Part shown: in pieces, positions 27,312-36,378 of the stretch
Layout of the letters: every line of letters begins with the position of its first letter
Numbering within the stretch: position 1 is the stretch's first letter
NCBI GenBank assembly: GCA_964500505.1
Contig: CAZCNN010000002.1
Location: 4,081-68,080, forward strand
DNA length: 64,000 bases
DNA from: an uncultured Bdellovibrionales bacterium
GTDB lineage: Bacteria > Patescibacteriota > Minisyncoccia > Moranbacterales > UBA1568
Direction: 5' to 3'
The notes under the pieces: model-generated
Told to the model about the DNA's origin: nothing
What the model saw: only the letters and a program-made list of their open reading frames with translations
Database searches by the model: none
Translations under genes and position numbers: made by a program

Positions 27312-27485
27312 ATGACATCGAGAGGAATGTTTTTCGCATCAGCCCTTGTCTATTTTGTAGCGACAGCCCTGAGAGAGTACGGTTACGATGTTTTAGCGAG
27401 CGGTCTGAGCGTGAGTGGACTCGTTATGCTGTTGGCTGGGGGTCTTGTGTATTCCAGAGAAAAGCGAGCTGAGAAAAATGTCTAA
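27312..27485 (+). CDS. Small two-TM protein (57 aa, MTSRGMFFASAL...), below the ORF-track cutoff
   Basis: Read from sequence: ATG at 27312 to TAA at 27485, two hydrophobic segments and a charged tail. Confidence 0.5.
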   Translation: MTSRGMFFASALVYFVATALREYGYDVLASGLSVSGLVMLLAGGLVYSREKRAEKNV

Positions 27486-27695
27486 GGTCTTATGTGGGCA
27501 GGAACTTTTAGTGAGAACATCCTGTTTCCTCAAGGCTACAACCATCCTATGGCTTCCATGGTCTGGGGGTGGAAAGCGTGACTATGTGACGTGGTTTAGT
27601 GGGAGCCGAACGGATCTTGCCCATAGCCGTGAAACAGCCAACGATCAAATCCGGTGTTTTACTCTATCAAACTGTATACCAGACTAAAAGTAGAG

Positions 27696-27724
27696 TTGAC
27701 AGGAAGCAGCCAATTCTGTATTAT
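27696..27724 (+). promoter_or_regulatory. Sigma-70 promoter upstream of the glycosyltransferase cassette
   Basis: TTGACA-17 nt-TATTAT, preceded by TG. Confidence 0.6.
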
Positions 27725-28101
27725 AATTAGGCCTTTTTGATGTATTCTTGGAGGTTTATGATTAAGAAAGATGTAGTTCATTCGGATAACGAGCAGAAAG
27801 GGGAGGATCGTGTAGAGGACAGTGTTCTTGTGGACAGATCGCTTGAGAGGATTCCTCCAGGAAGATCAGTTGAGGAAGGACGCCTGTTCGACTCCTTGGC
27901 TAGGTATCCTCACAAGTGGGATTCAAAATCAGATGTACTGTAGCCAAGAGCGTTTGGTTGTATGGCGAGAGAAATCTCGCCTTTTCTACTCTAAAGAATT
28001 CGGATGAGACACTCACATTTGCTAGAATTCATGAGAATATTATTCATTACTAGCGGCAGAAAAAGCCTTTCAAGGCTTTTTATTGTCTAATATAGGTTTT
28101 T

Positions 28102-29334
28102 ATGAGTATAGATTTGAGCCAGTTTTTTTTCTTGATTCTCACGATTCTACTTATTTCACTCATTGATTTTGTTGTCTTAGTACGAGCACGTTTAAAAGAT
28201 CATCATACTGTTGAGGAATACACCAAATCAGACCTGAATTATACTATTCTCGTTCCTATATTTGGTAATATTTCTTACCTCAGAAATATAGATTTTCTTA
28301 AGCAATACGCTAAACACGTTGTTCTTTGTACGACCACTAAAGAAAATGCGGAATTTGATGAAGCGATTAACAACATTGCTTCTGAACATGGATTCCGAGT
28401 CTTTCGCTCAGAGGTTCCGATTGCTTCTGCTTCACATAGACCAAATCCCTGGCGTCTTTTTACTCATACGTTGCATGGCAAAGGAAATTTACACGTAACA
28501 GAAGATGTTTCTTCGGTTGGCGATAGGTTTAACAGAGAAATTGCACGAGATGAAATCATCAAAGATAGTTTTTCTGCCATTGAGACAGACTACTGTATCT
28601 TTTTGGATGGAGATACTACTGCTAAAGAGAAGCTTTTCAAATTAGTGCATCTTGTTAGGGAACTTGACTTTGATTTAGCCTCTGTTCGGGTGCTTGCATC
28701 CAAGCAAGAAACTATAATGGAAAAACTCCAGGCTGTCGAATACGATCTAGCTATGGATGCACGGAAGATCTATCCTTGGCTGACATCGGGTGCTTGCATG
28801 GTTGCCAAGACAGAAGTAATTAAAGACATTATGCAGCACCATTCCTTGTTCTTTTCGGGTGGAGATATTGAAATAGGGAAGCTTGCTGGTATATTAAAAT
28901 ACAAAGTAGGGCACGTAAGGTTTGAATTTTATACAGATGTGCCATCTACATTTAAATCTTGGTTTAAACAAAGAATGGCCTGGTTTGGGGGGGGATTTAG
29001 ACATGCTGTTGTGAACTTGCATAGATATGCATGGAGACACCCTCTTTTCTATTTCTATACAACAATTCTGGTCTATCTTTTGACTCCTCTCCGGTGGTAC
29101 GAAGTAGTGAAGCATCCCGAAGCCTTACCTATTGTGATTGTTCTCTATTGGTTTCTTATCTTTGCTTTTCACTGGAAAACAAAAAAATGGTTTTATTTTC
29201 TCTTCCCTTTCTATGCGTTACTTCAAATTCTGATTCTCATTCCGTTAGGAGTTTTGACTTATATAAGAATGGCATTCAGTACGAGTAATATTGGGATGAT
29301 TCGATTGCGGGGGAAGCTTAGAAATAATATGTAA
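28102..29334 (+). CDS. GT2-family membrane glycosyltransferase
   Basis: FLDGD, SGACM, GGD, KQRMAW motif, C-terminal TM helices. Confidence 0.85.
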   Translation: MSIDLSQFFFLILTILLISLIDFVVLVRARLKDHHTVEEYTKSDLNYTILVPIFGNISYLRNIDFLKQYAKHVVLCTTTKENAEFDEAINNIASEHGFRVFRSEVPIASASHRPNPWRLFTHTLHGKGNLHVTEDVSSVGDRFNREIARDEIIKDSFSAIETDYCIFLDGDTTAKEKLFKLVHLVRELDFDLASVRVLASKQETIMEKLQAVEYDLAMDARKIYPWLTSGACMVAKTEVIKDIMQHHSLFFSGGDIEIGKLAGILKYKVGHVRFEFYTDVPSTFKSWFKQRMAWFGGGFRHAVVNLHRYAWRHPLFYFYTTILVYLLTPLRWYEVVKHPEALPIVIVLYWFLIFAFHWKTKKWFYFLFPFYALLQILILIPLGVLTYIRMAFSTSNIGMIRLRGKLRNNM

Positions 29335-29340
29335 ATTATC

Positions 29341-30384
29341 ATGAAGAACATTTTTCTCTTCTCTTTATTTCTGATAATTTCTTTAGTCTTTGTAGTATCT
29401 AGGTACTTTATTAATGTTGTTCCAAACGAAAATATAGTGGAAGAAAATAAAGTTGTTGAAAGAAAGACCTTAGCCAAGGAATACGGAAATGCTGTATGGG
29501 ATTGGCAGCCTCTAAAAAGAGAAGACACGGATACTTTTTTCTCTGATCTTCAGGCAAGAGGAGTCAATTCTGTCTACATGAACATAGGGGATTATGTGGA
29601 TATTCATGAAATAAAAGATGATACGAAAAAGGGGGAAAAAACTGAAGAATTTAATACAAAGGTAGAGGAATATATAAATACTGCTCAAGAGTATGGGATT
29701 TCCGTGCACGCCCTAGCGGGTAACGTAGACTGGGGGAACTCCTCTCATCGTTACCTGAACGAAGTTGTTATTGAATATACTAGGAGTTTTAACAAAAATA
29801 ATCCTGAAATAAAGTTTCAAGGAGTACAGTTTGATATTGAACCATATAGCCAGGAGGGTTTTGCTACGAAAAATAGAGAAGCTATTTTCCTAGACTACCT
29901 CGATACTGTTTCTGGTATTGTTTCAATATTCGACAAGTATCAAGGACAAGATTCGGAGTTTAAAGGGATGAAACTAGGTTTTGTTATACCGTACTGGTTC
30001 GATGGTGAGACAGAGTACTCAAAAAAGATTATTTGGAATGGGGAGGAGAAATACCTTTTCTATCACATTTTGAATAGGATTAATAGGATTCAAGATGGCT
30101 ACCTTGTAATAATGGCCTACAGAAATTTTGCTGAAGGATCAGGAGGATCTATTGAGCATAGTTTGGAGGAGGTAAAGTTTGCGCAACAGAATACCCCGAG
30201 GGTGAGGATTGTTATTGGTCAAGAAACTTCAGATGTAGAACCGGAGAGGATCACATTCTTTACCATGCCATTTAATAATATGGTTGACGAGGTAAAAAAA
30301 ATTAGCACAAGGTACGAAATATTCCCAAACTTCGGAGGTTTCGCTTTCAACAATGCTGATTCTTTCCTGGGGTTGGATTGGTAA
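29341..30384 (+). CDS. Exported TIM-barrel glycoside hydrolase-like protein
   Basis: Signal/TM, VWDW, VHALAG, FQGVQFDIEPY, VIMAYR. Confidence 0.6.
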   Translation: MKNIFLFSLFLIISLVFVVSRYFINVVPNENIVEENKVVERKTLAKEYGNAVWDWQPLKREDTDTFFSDLQARGVNSVYMNIGDYVDIHEIKDDTKKGEKTEEFNTKVEEYINTAQEYGISVHALAGNVDWGNSSHRYLNEVVIEYTRSFNKNNPEIKFQGVQFDIEPYSQEGFATKNREAIFLDYLDTVSGIVSIFDKYQGQDSEFKGMKLGFVIPYWFDGETEYSKKIIWNGEEKYLFYHILNRINRIQDGYLVIMAYRNFAEGSGGSIEHSLEEVKFAQQNTPRVRIVIGQETSDVEPERITFFTMPFNNMVDEVKKISTRYEIFPNFGGFAFNNADSFLGLDW

Positions 30385-30449
30385 GTAACTTTGAAATAAG
30401 CGTGTTAAAACAAAAACATTTTTGACTCCTCTTTTGTTTTGATACGCTT

Positions 30450-31808
30450 ATGAGCTTTGCCAAAGTTTCTATATTTGCTAGTAAGTCGAAAGGGTATTTC
30501 GGCTCTTTCTTTGCTGCGTTATTTGTAGTCGCTACGACTGGGTATTTTTATACGCAGATTATTGCTCAAGAGAATATCTTCGATTCTTTTCTCATCGGTG
30601 TCGTCTTCTTATCTGCTTCCACTGACGGTTTTTTCCTTTTGCTGAACATATTTAGAAAGTCAAAAAAATCGAGTAACCTCAGCTTCGACCCTTCTAAGCT
30701 GAGTATTCTTATTGCTTGCTATAATGGCGAGCAAATAATTGGAGAAACCATCAGGCAAGTATTAACAAAAGTTCCAAAAGAACAAGTCTTTGTTGTTTCT
30801 GATGCTTCAACAGACCAAACCGGAGTGGTGGTTAAGCAGTGGGGTGTGAATCTCATCGAAAATGAAGTGAATAAAAATAAGGCACTGAGTATTAGCCATG
30901 CTATTGAACAAGTTAAAACCCCTTACGTGCTTATTTTGGATGATGACACTCATATCGAAAGTACTTTCATCCCCACTAGTCTTATAGATGACGGTTATGC
31001 AGCCGTTGCTTTTAATGTCATGCCGGAACCGCATCCCTCACTTATTAATAGGTTACAACAATTTGAGTATAGAAAAAGCATGGTTTTAGGGAAAGAACTG
31101 AGAGCAGCGGTAGGTGCGATAGGCAATGTATCGGGGGCTATAGGACTTTTTAAGACCCGAGATCTTGTTGCCCAAATACGGAAACATTCGGGACAATTTG
31201 GCGGAGAAGACCAGCAGAGGACCATGATGGTGCATTTGGAGAGTACTGGTAAAGGGATTGCTTATACCGATTCGACTGTACTCACCGAACCACCGAGTAC
31301 CTTTTATAAGGTATTCAGGCAAAGATATAGGAGTTGGAATTGCTCTACTCATGAAACTTTTTTTCTTTGCTGGAAAATAATTCTGTCACCAAAATTGCAT
31401 TACATGCTTAAGCTTGAGAGGGCGTACCTGATTTTCATTTTACTTACAGACCCTATAAGGATGCTATTCTTTTTCAGCATCCTTTTCTATCCGATAAATC
31501 TTGTTATTTTATACTGCCTATATTTATTTCTAGAGACTTGTTGCTGGTTAAAGACAGGGAGGAAAGACAGTTTTTTTATTGTGATTCTCACTCCCTTTTA
31601 CGGCATGTTTAAAACTTTTGCAAGATTCATAGCTCACTTTTGGTGGTTCAAACTAAAATATGACTACCTTTTTAGGAAGAAGTTTCATGTATATATTACG
31701 GAACGAGCGTTGATTTTAGAGTATGCTGGCATTGCAATTGCTCTGGTATTTGTTTGGTATTATGCCTTTTTGCAATTTTCAAGTCATATTAGTGAGTTAT
31801 CCCGTTAG
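30450..31808 (+). CDS. GT2-family processive glycosyltransferase (PgaC/IcaA-like)
   Basis: IACYN, SDASTD, LDDD, QQFEY, SGAIGLF, GED, RQRYRSW, TM helices. Confidence 0.88.
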   Translation: MSFAKVSIFASKSKGYFGSFFAALFVVATTGYFYTQIIAQENIFDSFLIGVVFLSASTDGFFLLLNIFRKSKKSSNLSFDPSKLSILIACYNGEQIIGETIRQVLTKVPKEQVFVVSDASTDQTGVVVKQWGVNLIENEVNKNKALSISHAIEQVKTPYVLILDDDTHIESTFIPTSLIDDGYAAVAFNVMPEPHPSLINRLQQFEYRKSMVLGKELRAAVGAIGNVSGAIGLFKTRDLVAQIRKHSGQFGGEDQQRTMMVHLESTGKGIAYTDSTVLTEPPSTFYKVFRQRYRSWNCSTHETFFLCWKIILSPKLHYMLKLERAYLIFILLTDPIRMLFFFSILFYPINLVILYCLYLFLETCCWLKTGRKDSFFIVILTPFYGMFKTFARFIAHFWWFKLKYDYLFRKKFHVYITERALILEYAGIAIALVFVWYYAFLQFSSHISELSR

Positions 31809-32005
31809 AGAGAAGCGAGCTGACAATCTACTAAAACCTTATGTGGGAAAAGATCGTAGAATTCTTGATAGCATCACAGACCTTTGTATCAGCTTCCCTT
31901 TGTCGTGCCCGAGCCGCCAGTCATAATAGACCAAACATTGCTTTTAGGGGGTAAAAGTGAGATATTCGTATCATAAAGGACAAAAGTAGTTAAGATTGCA
32001 TACCT

Positions 32006-32356
32006 ATGAAAGAACAGGAAGAGCAAGATCCTGATTACATCAAGAACTTACTTTCTCGAGTGAAGCTTTCGCCTGAAAACGAAAAAGACTTCGATAGTTT
32101 CGTTCAGGCATCTGTTGATAGTCTAAATAGGAGTTCTGGTGAAAGTGTTGAGAGGAGCAATCGATATGACAAGATATATGCTGTCGAACGGAAAAAGTGG
32201 CCGCATGGGATGGGGAGTATGAAAACTAGAGATGATGTACCAGAACATCTACAGGATGAGCTCGAGAAGTGTATCATCAGATCGCAAATTGTTGCTCGTG
32301 ACGCCTGTCAGACTCAAGAGCTAACAGACAAGTATCTAGCGGAAAACCTAGGATAG
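32006..32356 (+). CDS. Hypothetical protein
   Basis: 116-aa ORF followed by a hairpin. Confidence 0.55.
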   Translation: MKEQEEQDPDYIKNLLSRVKLSPENEKDFDSFVQASVDSLNRSSGESVERSNRYDKIYAVERKKWPHGMGSMKTRDDVPEHLQDELEKCIIRSQIVARDACQTQELTDKYLAENLG

Positions 32357-32366
32357 ATATTCCTAA

Positions 32367-32404
32367 CAAAAAACGGCGAAACCTCACTTAGGAATCGCCG
32401 TCTT
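32367..32404. terminator. Hairpin between convergent genes
   Basis: A-tract followed by ACGGCGA...TCGCCGT. Confidence 0.5.
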
Positions 32405-32419
32405 GAGTGTCCGTTGCCA

Positions 32420-33103
32420 TTATCGATGCGCTGGCATGAGGAAGGATGAAATCAGTTCCGAAGCATCGTACTTCGAACATGACTCAGCCTCTTGAAGCCA
32501 CTTCTCCCTCTCTCGTGGGTTATAGATCTTCTCAGCTATAAGGGAATAGAGTAGAGTTTTCTGCTTTTCCGTGATTGGCTCGTCCCCGGGTTGGTACGGA
32601 CCTTTCGGGGGAATGCCATTGGTAGCCTCAGCCGGAGCCTCCTGAATCTTCTCAATAGGCATATCCTCCAGATCACTGGTGAATATATCGGAGAGCCCTG
32701 TGGATCGGATGACGCCGGAGATATAGGCAGATTTCTCCGACATCTTGATCGTCTTATTGGGGTCATTTCCATTGTCCATGAGCGTGGCGGCACCTCGACC
32801 CTGCCCAACTATCTCACCGAAGCGTGTGAGTGTGCAGGTATAGGCAATCAACCCATCTATGCTTCGAAATGAATCCATGGTTTCGGTATCTTTTTCGAAG
32901 GTAGCAACGAGTGAATAGATTGCTGCTAGTTTTTCGGCACCGGACTTCCCGAGGCTCTTCCGGTTTTTGATGATGTAGTAGTCTCTGTTTTCCTCTAGTT
33001 TCGGGAGAATCTTCTGAATGAAGTAATCCCGTTTCTGGAGCAGAGTATCGACACCAGCTTTGAACTGGTCGACACTGTCCGATATGGTCAACGCTGTCGT
33101 CAT
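32420..33103 (-). CDS. Phage-type putative single-strand annealing/recombination protein
   Basis: KSLGKSGAEKL, GQGRG, NKTIKMSEKSA, SDIFTSDLEDM pattern typical of phage recombination-module proteins; short helical C-terminal domain. Confidence 0.55.
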   Translation of the reverse strand: MTTALTISDSVDQFKAGVDTLLQKRDYFIQKILPKLEENRDYYIIKNRKSLGKSGAEKLAAIYSLVATFEKDTETMDSFRSIDGLIAYTCTLTRFGEIVGQGRGAATLMDNGNDPNKTIKMSEKSAYISGVIRSTGLSDIFTSDLEDMPIEKIQEAPAEATNGIPPKGPYQPGDEPITEKQKTLLYSLIAEKIYNPREREKWLQEAESCSKYDASELISSFLMPAHR

Positions 33104-33120
33104 AATTTTGAATAAAAGAA

Positions 33121-33327
33121 TTAGTATTCTTCGGGGAGCATAGCCGTGTAGCCAAACTCGCCGTTATCAGCGACAAAGTACTTTTTGCCGTTGATTTCGA
33201 CTGAATAGAACCAGTCGTCTTGCGCCTTCGCTAATGCATGGAAGGCGACTTCTACTTGTTCTCGAATCTTTGATGGCTGATCCATCATGCCTTGGGTCCA
33301 GATGCCGATGAATTTTTGGCTACACAT
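33121..33327 (-). CDS. Small mobile-element protein ending in TAMLPEEY
   Basis: C-terminal T-x-LP-x-EY motif seen in small plasmid/ICE proteins; co-oriented with the annealing-protein gene. Confidence 0.6.
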   Translation of the reverse strand: MCSQKFIGIWTQGMMDQPSKIREQVEVAFHALAKAQDDWFYSVEINGKKYFVADNGEFGYTAMLPEEY

Positions 33328-33909
33328 ATTTCATAGACGCATGTGATGGCAACGCATGTTCGACGAGGCACGCAGAGGGTGAATGTTGCGAGAATTAATA
33401 ACCTCTACATGATCAAGTGGTAAGCGAACGAAAAAGAGTGGAGGTGAGTAGTCTTGAGGGTGTATAGGGGCGTATTTGGGTACTCTTTGGTATGAGCGGG
33501 TCCCTTTGAGTAAGGGTACTGACACGGGGGATTTCTTAGATACCGCTTTAGTCTTATCGGCATTATTCTGACTCTTTGGATACAAGTCAGTCTTTTGAAG
33601 TATTTTTTAGCACAGTTCAGTCTCAAGATCAGCTGCTTGCTAATTAAGAGAGCTCTGTTTACTGGATCAGTTTCCTAATTCTTCGTGCAGGTTTTTAAAA
33701 AATTCCGTATTGCTCTGATTCTATCGACCAATGCTTGACAAGGGGTTGTGGACACATCTTTTTATTTGCCAATTCAAAAATCGTGGCTTATTAGAGCCGC
33801 TTTAAAGCTATTTTTTTGAAAGTTGATGGAAAAAGTGGTTCAAAAATAACCAGTTTTATGGCTCAGATAAGCCATCATAAATCATTAGTACTGAGATAAT
33901 CTGAAAATG

Positions 33910-34010
33910 TTAGGTGAGTATCGCCTAATGGACACCACAAATACGGCGCATACCCTTTTTGTGGAAGCCGTCTCAGCGAAAGCTGGGGTGGTGTCCAGAA
34001 AAAGGGTTTT
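33910..34010 (+). promoter_or_regulatory. Structured leader upstream of the rep-like gene
   Basis: TGGACACCAC/GTGGTGTCCA stem enclosing ACGGC/GCCGT and CTCAGC-GAAA-GCTGGG; loop ACCCTTTTT is complementary to downstream AAAAAGGGT. Confidence 0.55.
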
Positions 34011-34028
34011 ATTTTTTATCAGTAACAT

Positions 34029-35021
34029 ATGAAAAAACGAAGAGTCATAGACAAACGGGAGAAAGCAAAATTCATGGTGGATGATGCCTTTTTGGAGAAG
34101 ATGGCTAGGCTTTGCGGATGGCAGGGGACGATTGTGTACGCGAGTCTCTGTCGGCACGCCAACAAGGATCAAGAGTGCTTTCCCTCGATAGGGTTGATGG
34201 CTGCACAGCATCGTGTGAGTCGGACCACTGTGCTGAAGGGTATCAGGGCACTAGAAGAGAGATGTGTGATCTATGTGAACAAAGCAAGGTCGAAAGGCGG
34301 CAAATGGCTGAACAACACCTATATCTTATTAGATAAAGCTGAATGGGATTACCAAGTCCACAAGGTAGACATGGAGAGTAGTAAAAATGAGGCGATAACC
34401 GAGTCCATGTCAGATACGCTGCCAAGTCCATCAGGTGTACCTAGCCAAGTCCATTCGGGCGACACTAAGGAAGCACATGGTAAGGAAACACATGAACTCA
34501 AGGAAACACATCTTTTGCAAAACGGGGTTTTGCAGAATGGTAGTTTTTCTGGTCGAGCCTTAAAAGATTCTTTGCCATTGGAGAAGAAGAGGGTAGATAT
34601 TTTTTTATGCGGCGAAGTTGAATCACCTACTAGTGCAAAGTTGAGTGAAGTAATCAGACTCTTCGAACCAATTCTCCCGGGTGACTTTGTCGGGTCTCGG
34701 TCGGCTTTACTCAACAGTACTACTCGAGAAGCTGTAGCGGCCTTGCTCCAGAGAAAGAGTGTTGATCAAGTGGCAGAGCTAATCTGGCGTTACTACAACG
34801 CGAGAGAGGACCCTTACCGTCCGAAAGTTGGTAAGGTCTACCATTTCTGCACTTCCAGACTGGCTGATATCGAGCATCATGTCATGCAGGAGACTGCTAC
34901 CCATACGGTAGGTGATTGGGATAGCTCCAAGAAGGTGACATGGGAGTTAATCAAGAAGGACGAAGAAGAACATCGAAGGTTGACGGAAGAATGGCAGGCT
35001 TTTATAGAAAATCATAAATGA
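34029..35021 (+). CDS. Putative replication initiator, N-terminal winged HTH (HTH_36-like)
   Basis: IVYASLCRHANKDQECFPSIGLMA...SRTTVLKGIRALEE...NTYIL. Confidence 0.75.
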   Translation: MKKRRVIDKREKAKFMVDDAFLEKMARLCGWQGTIVYASLCRHANKDQECFPSIGLMAAQHRVSRTTVLKGIRALEERCVIYVNKARSKGGKWLNNTYILLDKAEWDYQVHKVDMESSKNEAITESMSDTLPSPSGVPSQVHSGDTKEAHGKETHELKETHLLQNGVLQNGSFSGRALKDSLPLEKKRVDIFLCGEVESPTSAKLSEVIRLFEPILPGDFVGSRSALLNSTTREAVAALLQRKSVDQVAELIWRYYNAREDPYRPKVGKVYHFCTSRLADIEHHVMQETATHTVGDWDSSKKVTWELIKKDEEEHRRLTEEWQAFIENHK

Positions 35022-35028
35022 ACCCTAT

Positions 35029-35259
35029 ATGGACCAATCGACCAAAGACGAGCTAAGACTGTTACGCAGAGTGGTTTGCTCGGAATGCCAAAGCAGGAAG
35101 AGTTATCTGAATCCAATGGGGAAATGTTGGGAGTGCAAAAAGAAATATTGCTTCGACCACCTGTACTCCTTGCAGGTTAATGCCGGAATGTCGGAAAACG
35201 AAGAAGTGCGATCAGTCTGCAAAGATTGCAGAAAGAAGCATGGTTACTGGACGCTGTGA
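35029..35259 (+). CDS. Small zinc-finger protein
   Basis: CSEC, CWEC...CFDH, CKDC. Confidence 0.65.
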   Translation: MDQSTKDELRLLRRVVCSECQSRKSYLNPMGKCWECKKKYCFDHLYSLQVNAGMSENEEVRSVCKDCRKKHGYWTL

Positions 35260-35388
35260 TGCCTGTTTTGGCTCGTACCTGACAGTCTAGAAGCATTAAA
35301 AAGAAGGAAGTGGGGTAAATGTAGAGCTCAGAGAGAAAAGCGTGCAGGTGAAGGGACGCTTATTATTATCAATTACTAATTCAACCCT

Positions 35389-35904
35389 ATGAAGGCAACA
35401 AAGAAAGTTTCGAAGAAAGTCGTTCAAGGAAAACCGGTGTACGCGATCATCTTTTGTCGGACAAGTTCGAGACGGGGGAGTGAGCAAAAAATGAGGCAGC
35501 AAGAGCAGCGGTGCGTGAAGTTCGCTCAGGCAGAAGGGTACATTGTGAAAGAAGATGCGATATTTCGGGAGATAGCTTCTGGAACAGAGCGATACCAGAA
35601 GCGTCCTGTACTCGTCAAAATACTCGAGTATATTGAGCGGTTTCATAAAAAGCAATTTATTCTGATTGTTACTGATACGCAACGCATTAGCCGTGATAAA
35701 CGCAATGTCTCTGCTTATAGGAAAGCACTTTTCGTAAGAACGGCTTTGGTTGAGTCACTGAATTGTCTTGCAAAGCAATCAATTGAGGATCAAATGAGAA
35801 AAATAGAAGATTATCTTTTCAAATGCCACGAGCGCAATGTTGTATATGGATGGTGGGAGGAAGTGACGCCAGAGCAAGATCGCTCCGGTGTCGACCCTAA
35901 GTAA
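35389..35904 (+). CDS. Stand-alone serine recombinase (resolvase) catalytic-domain protein
   Basis: IFCRTSS, QEQRC, EIASG, RPVL, QRISRD; no DNA-binding domain recognised. Confidence 0.75.
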   Translation: MKATKKVSKKVVQGKPVYAIIFCRTSSRRGSEQKMRQQEQRCVKFAQAEGYIVKEDAIFREIASGTERYQKRPVLVKILEYIERFHKKQFILIVTDTQRISRDKRNVSAYRKALFVRTALVESLNCLAKQSIEDQMRKIEDYLFKCHERNVVYGWWEEVTPEQDRSGVDPK

Positions 35905-35915
35905 CGGTTACGAGT

Positions 35916-36158
35916 ATGTCATCGCCTATGAAGCCAATGGTGGGGAGCATTATTCTGCTAGCCGTGTCTGACGGGATTCTTGTTTCTGAGACATTTGAAT
36001 CGACATCTTGCTCGTTTGTTCTTATTGACGGCATCAGTTTTGGTTATCGGTATGTCGGCGACGATAAGGCCGGTGATGCCCTTAGCCGAGTCTATGGCGC
36101 CCTGTTTGACGATGCCCTAAGAGAATTAAGGGCTGAGAATAGCCAATTTATGTTATAG
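35916..36158 (+). CDS. Small hypothetical protein
   Basis: 80-aa ORF between the mini-resolvase and the excisionase. Confidence 0.45.
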   Translation: MSSPMKPMVGSIILLAVSDGILVSETFESTSCSFVLIDGISFGYRYVGDDKAGDALSRVYGALFDDALRELRAENSQFML

Positions 36159-36192
36159 ACAATTAAGTACAAATAGGTATATGATAGATAAT

Positions 36193-36378
36193 ATGAAACT
36201 CCTTACGAGACAAGAAGTCGCAGCGCTGTTGCGAGTTGATCCTCGAACTGTTGAGCGATGGCTCCGAAGTGGGAAACTGAAGGGCTATAAGCTCGGTGAT
36301 GGTAAAACCGCTCCGTGGCGAATTGATGAAGCAGAGGTACAAAGGTTTCTGGAGAAAAATAATGGAAGAGACCTATGA
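36193..36378 (+). CDS. Excisionase-like HTH_17 protein (candidate directionality factor)
   Basis: LLTRQEVAALLRVDPRTVERWLRSGKLKG...WRI; ATGA overlap with the recombinase. Confidence 0.88.
   Translation: MKLLTRQEVAALLRVDPRTVERWLRSGKLKGYKLGDGKTAPWRIDEAEVQRFLEKNNGRDL

Noticed and set aside
27737-28007. Two short overlapping ORFs as a pseudogene
   Set aside because: No recognisable family; cannot be distinguished from leader sequence.
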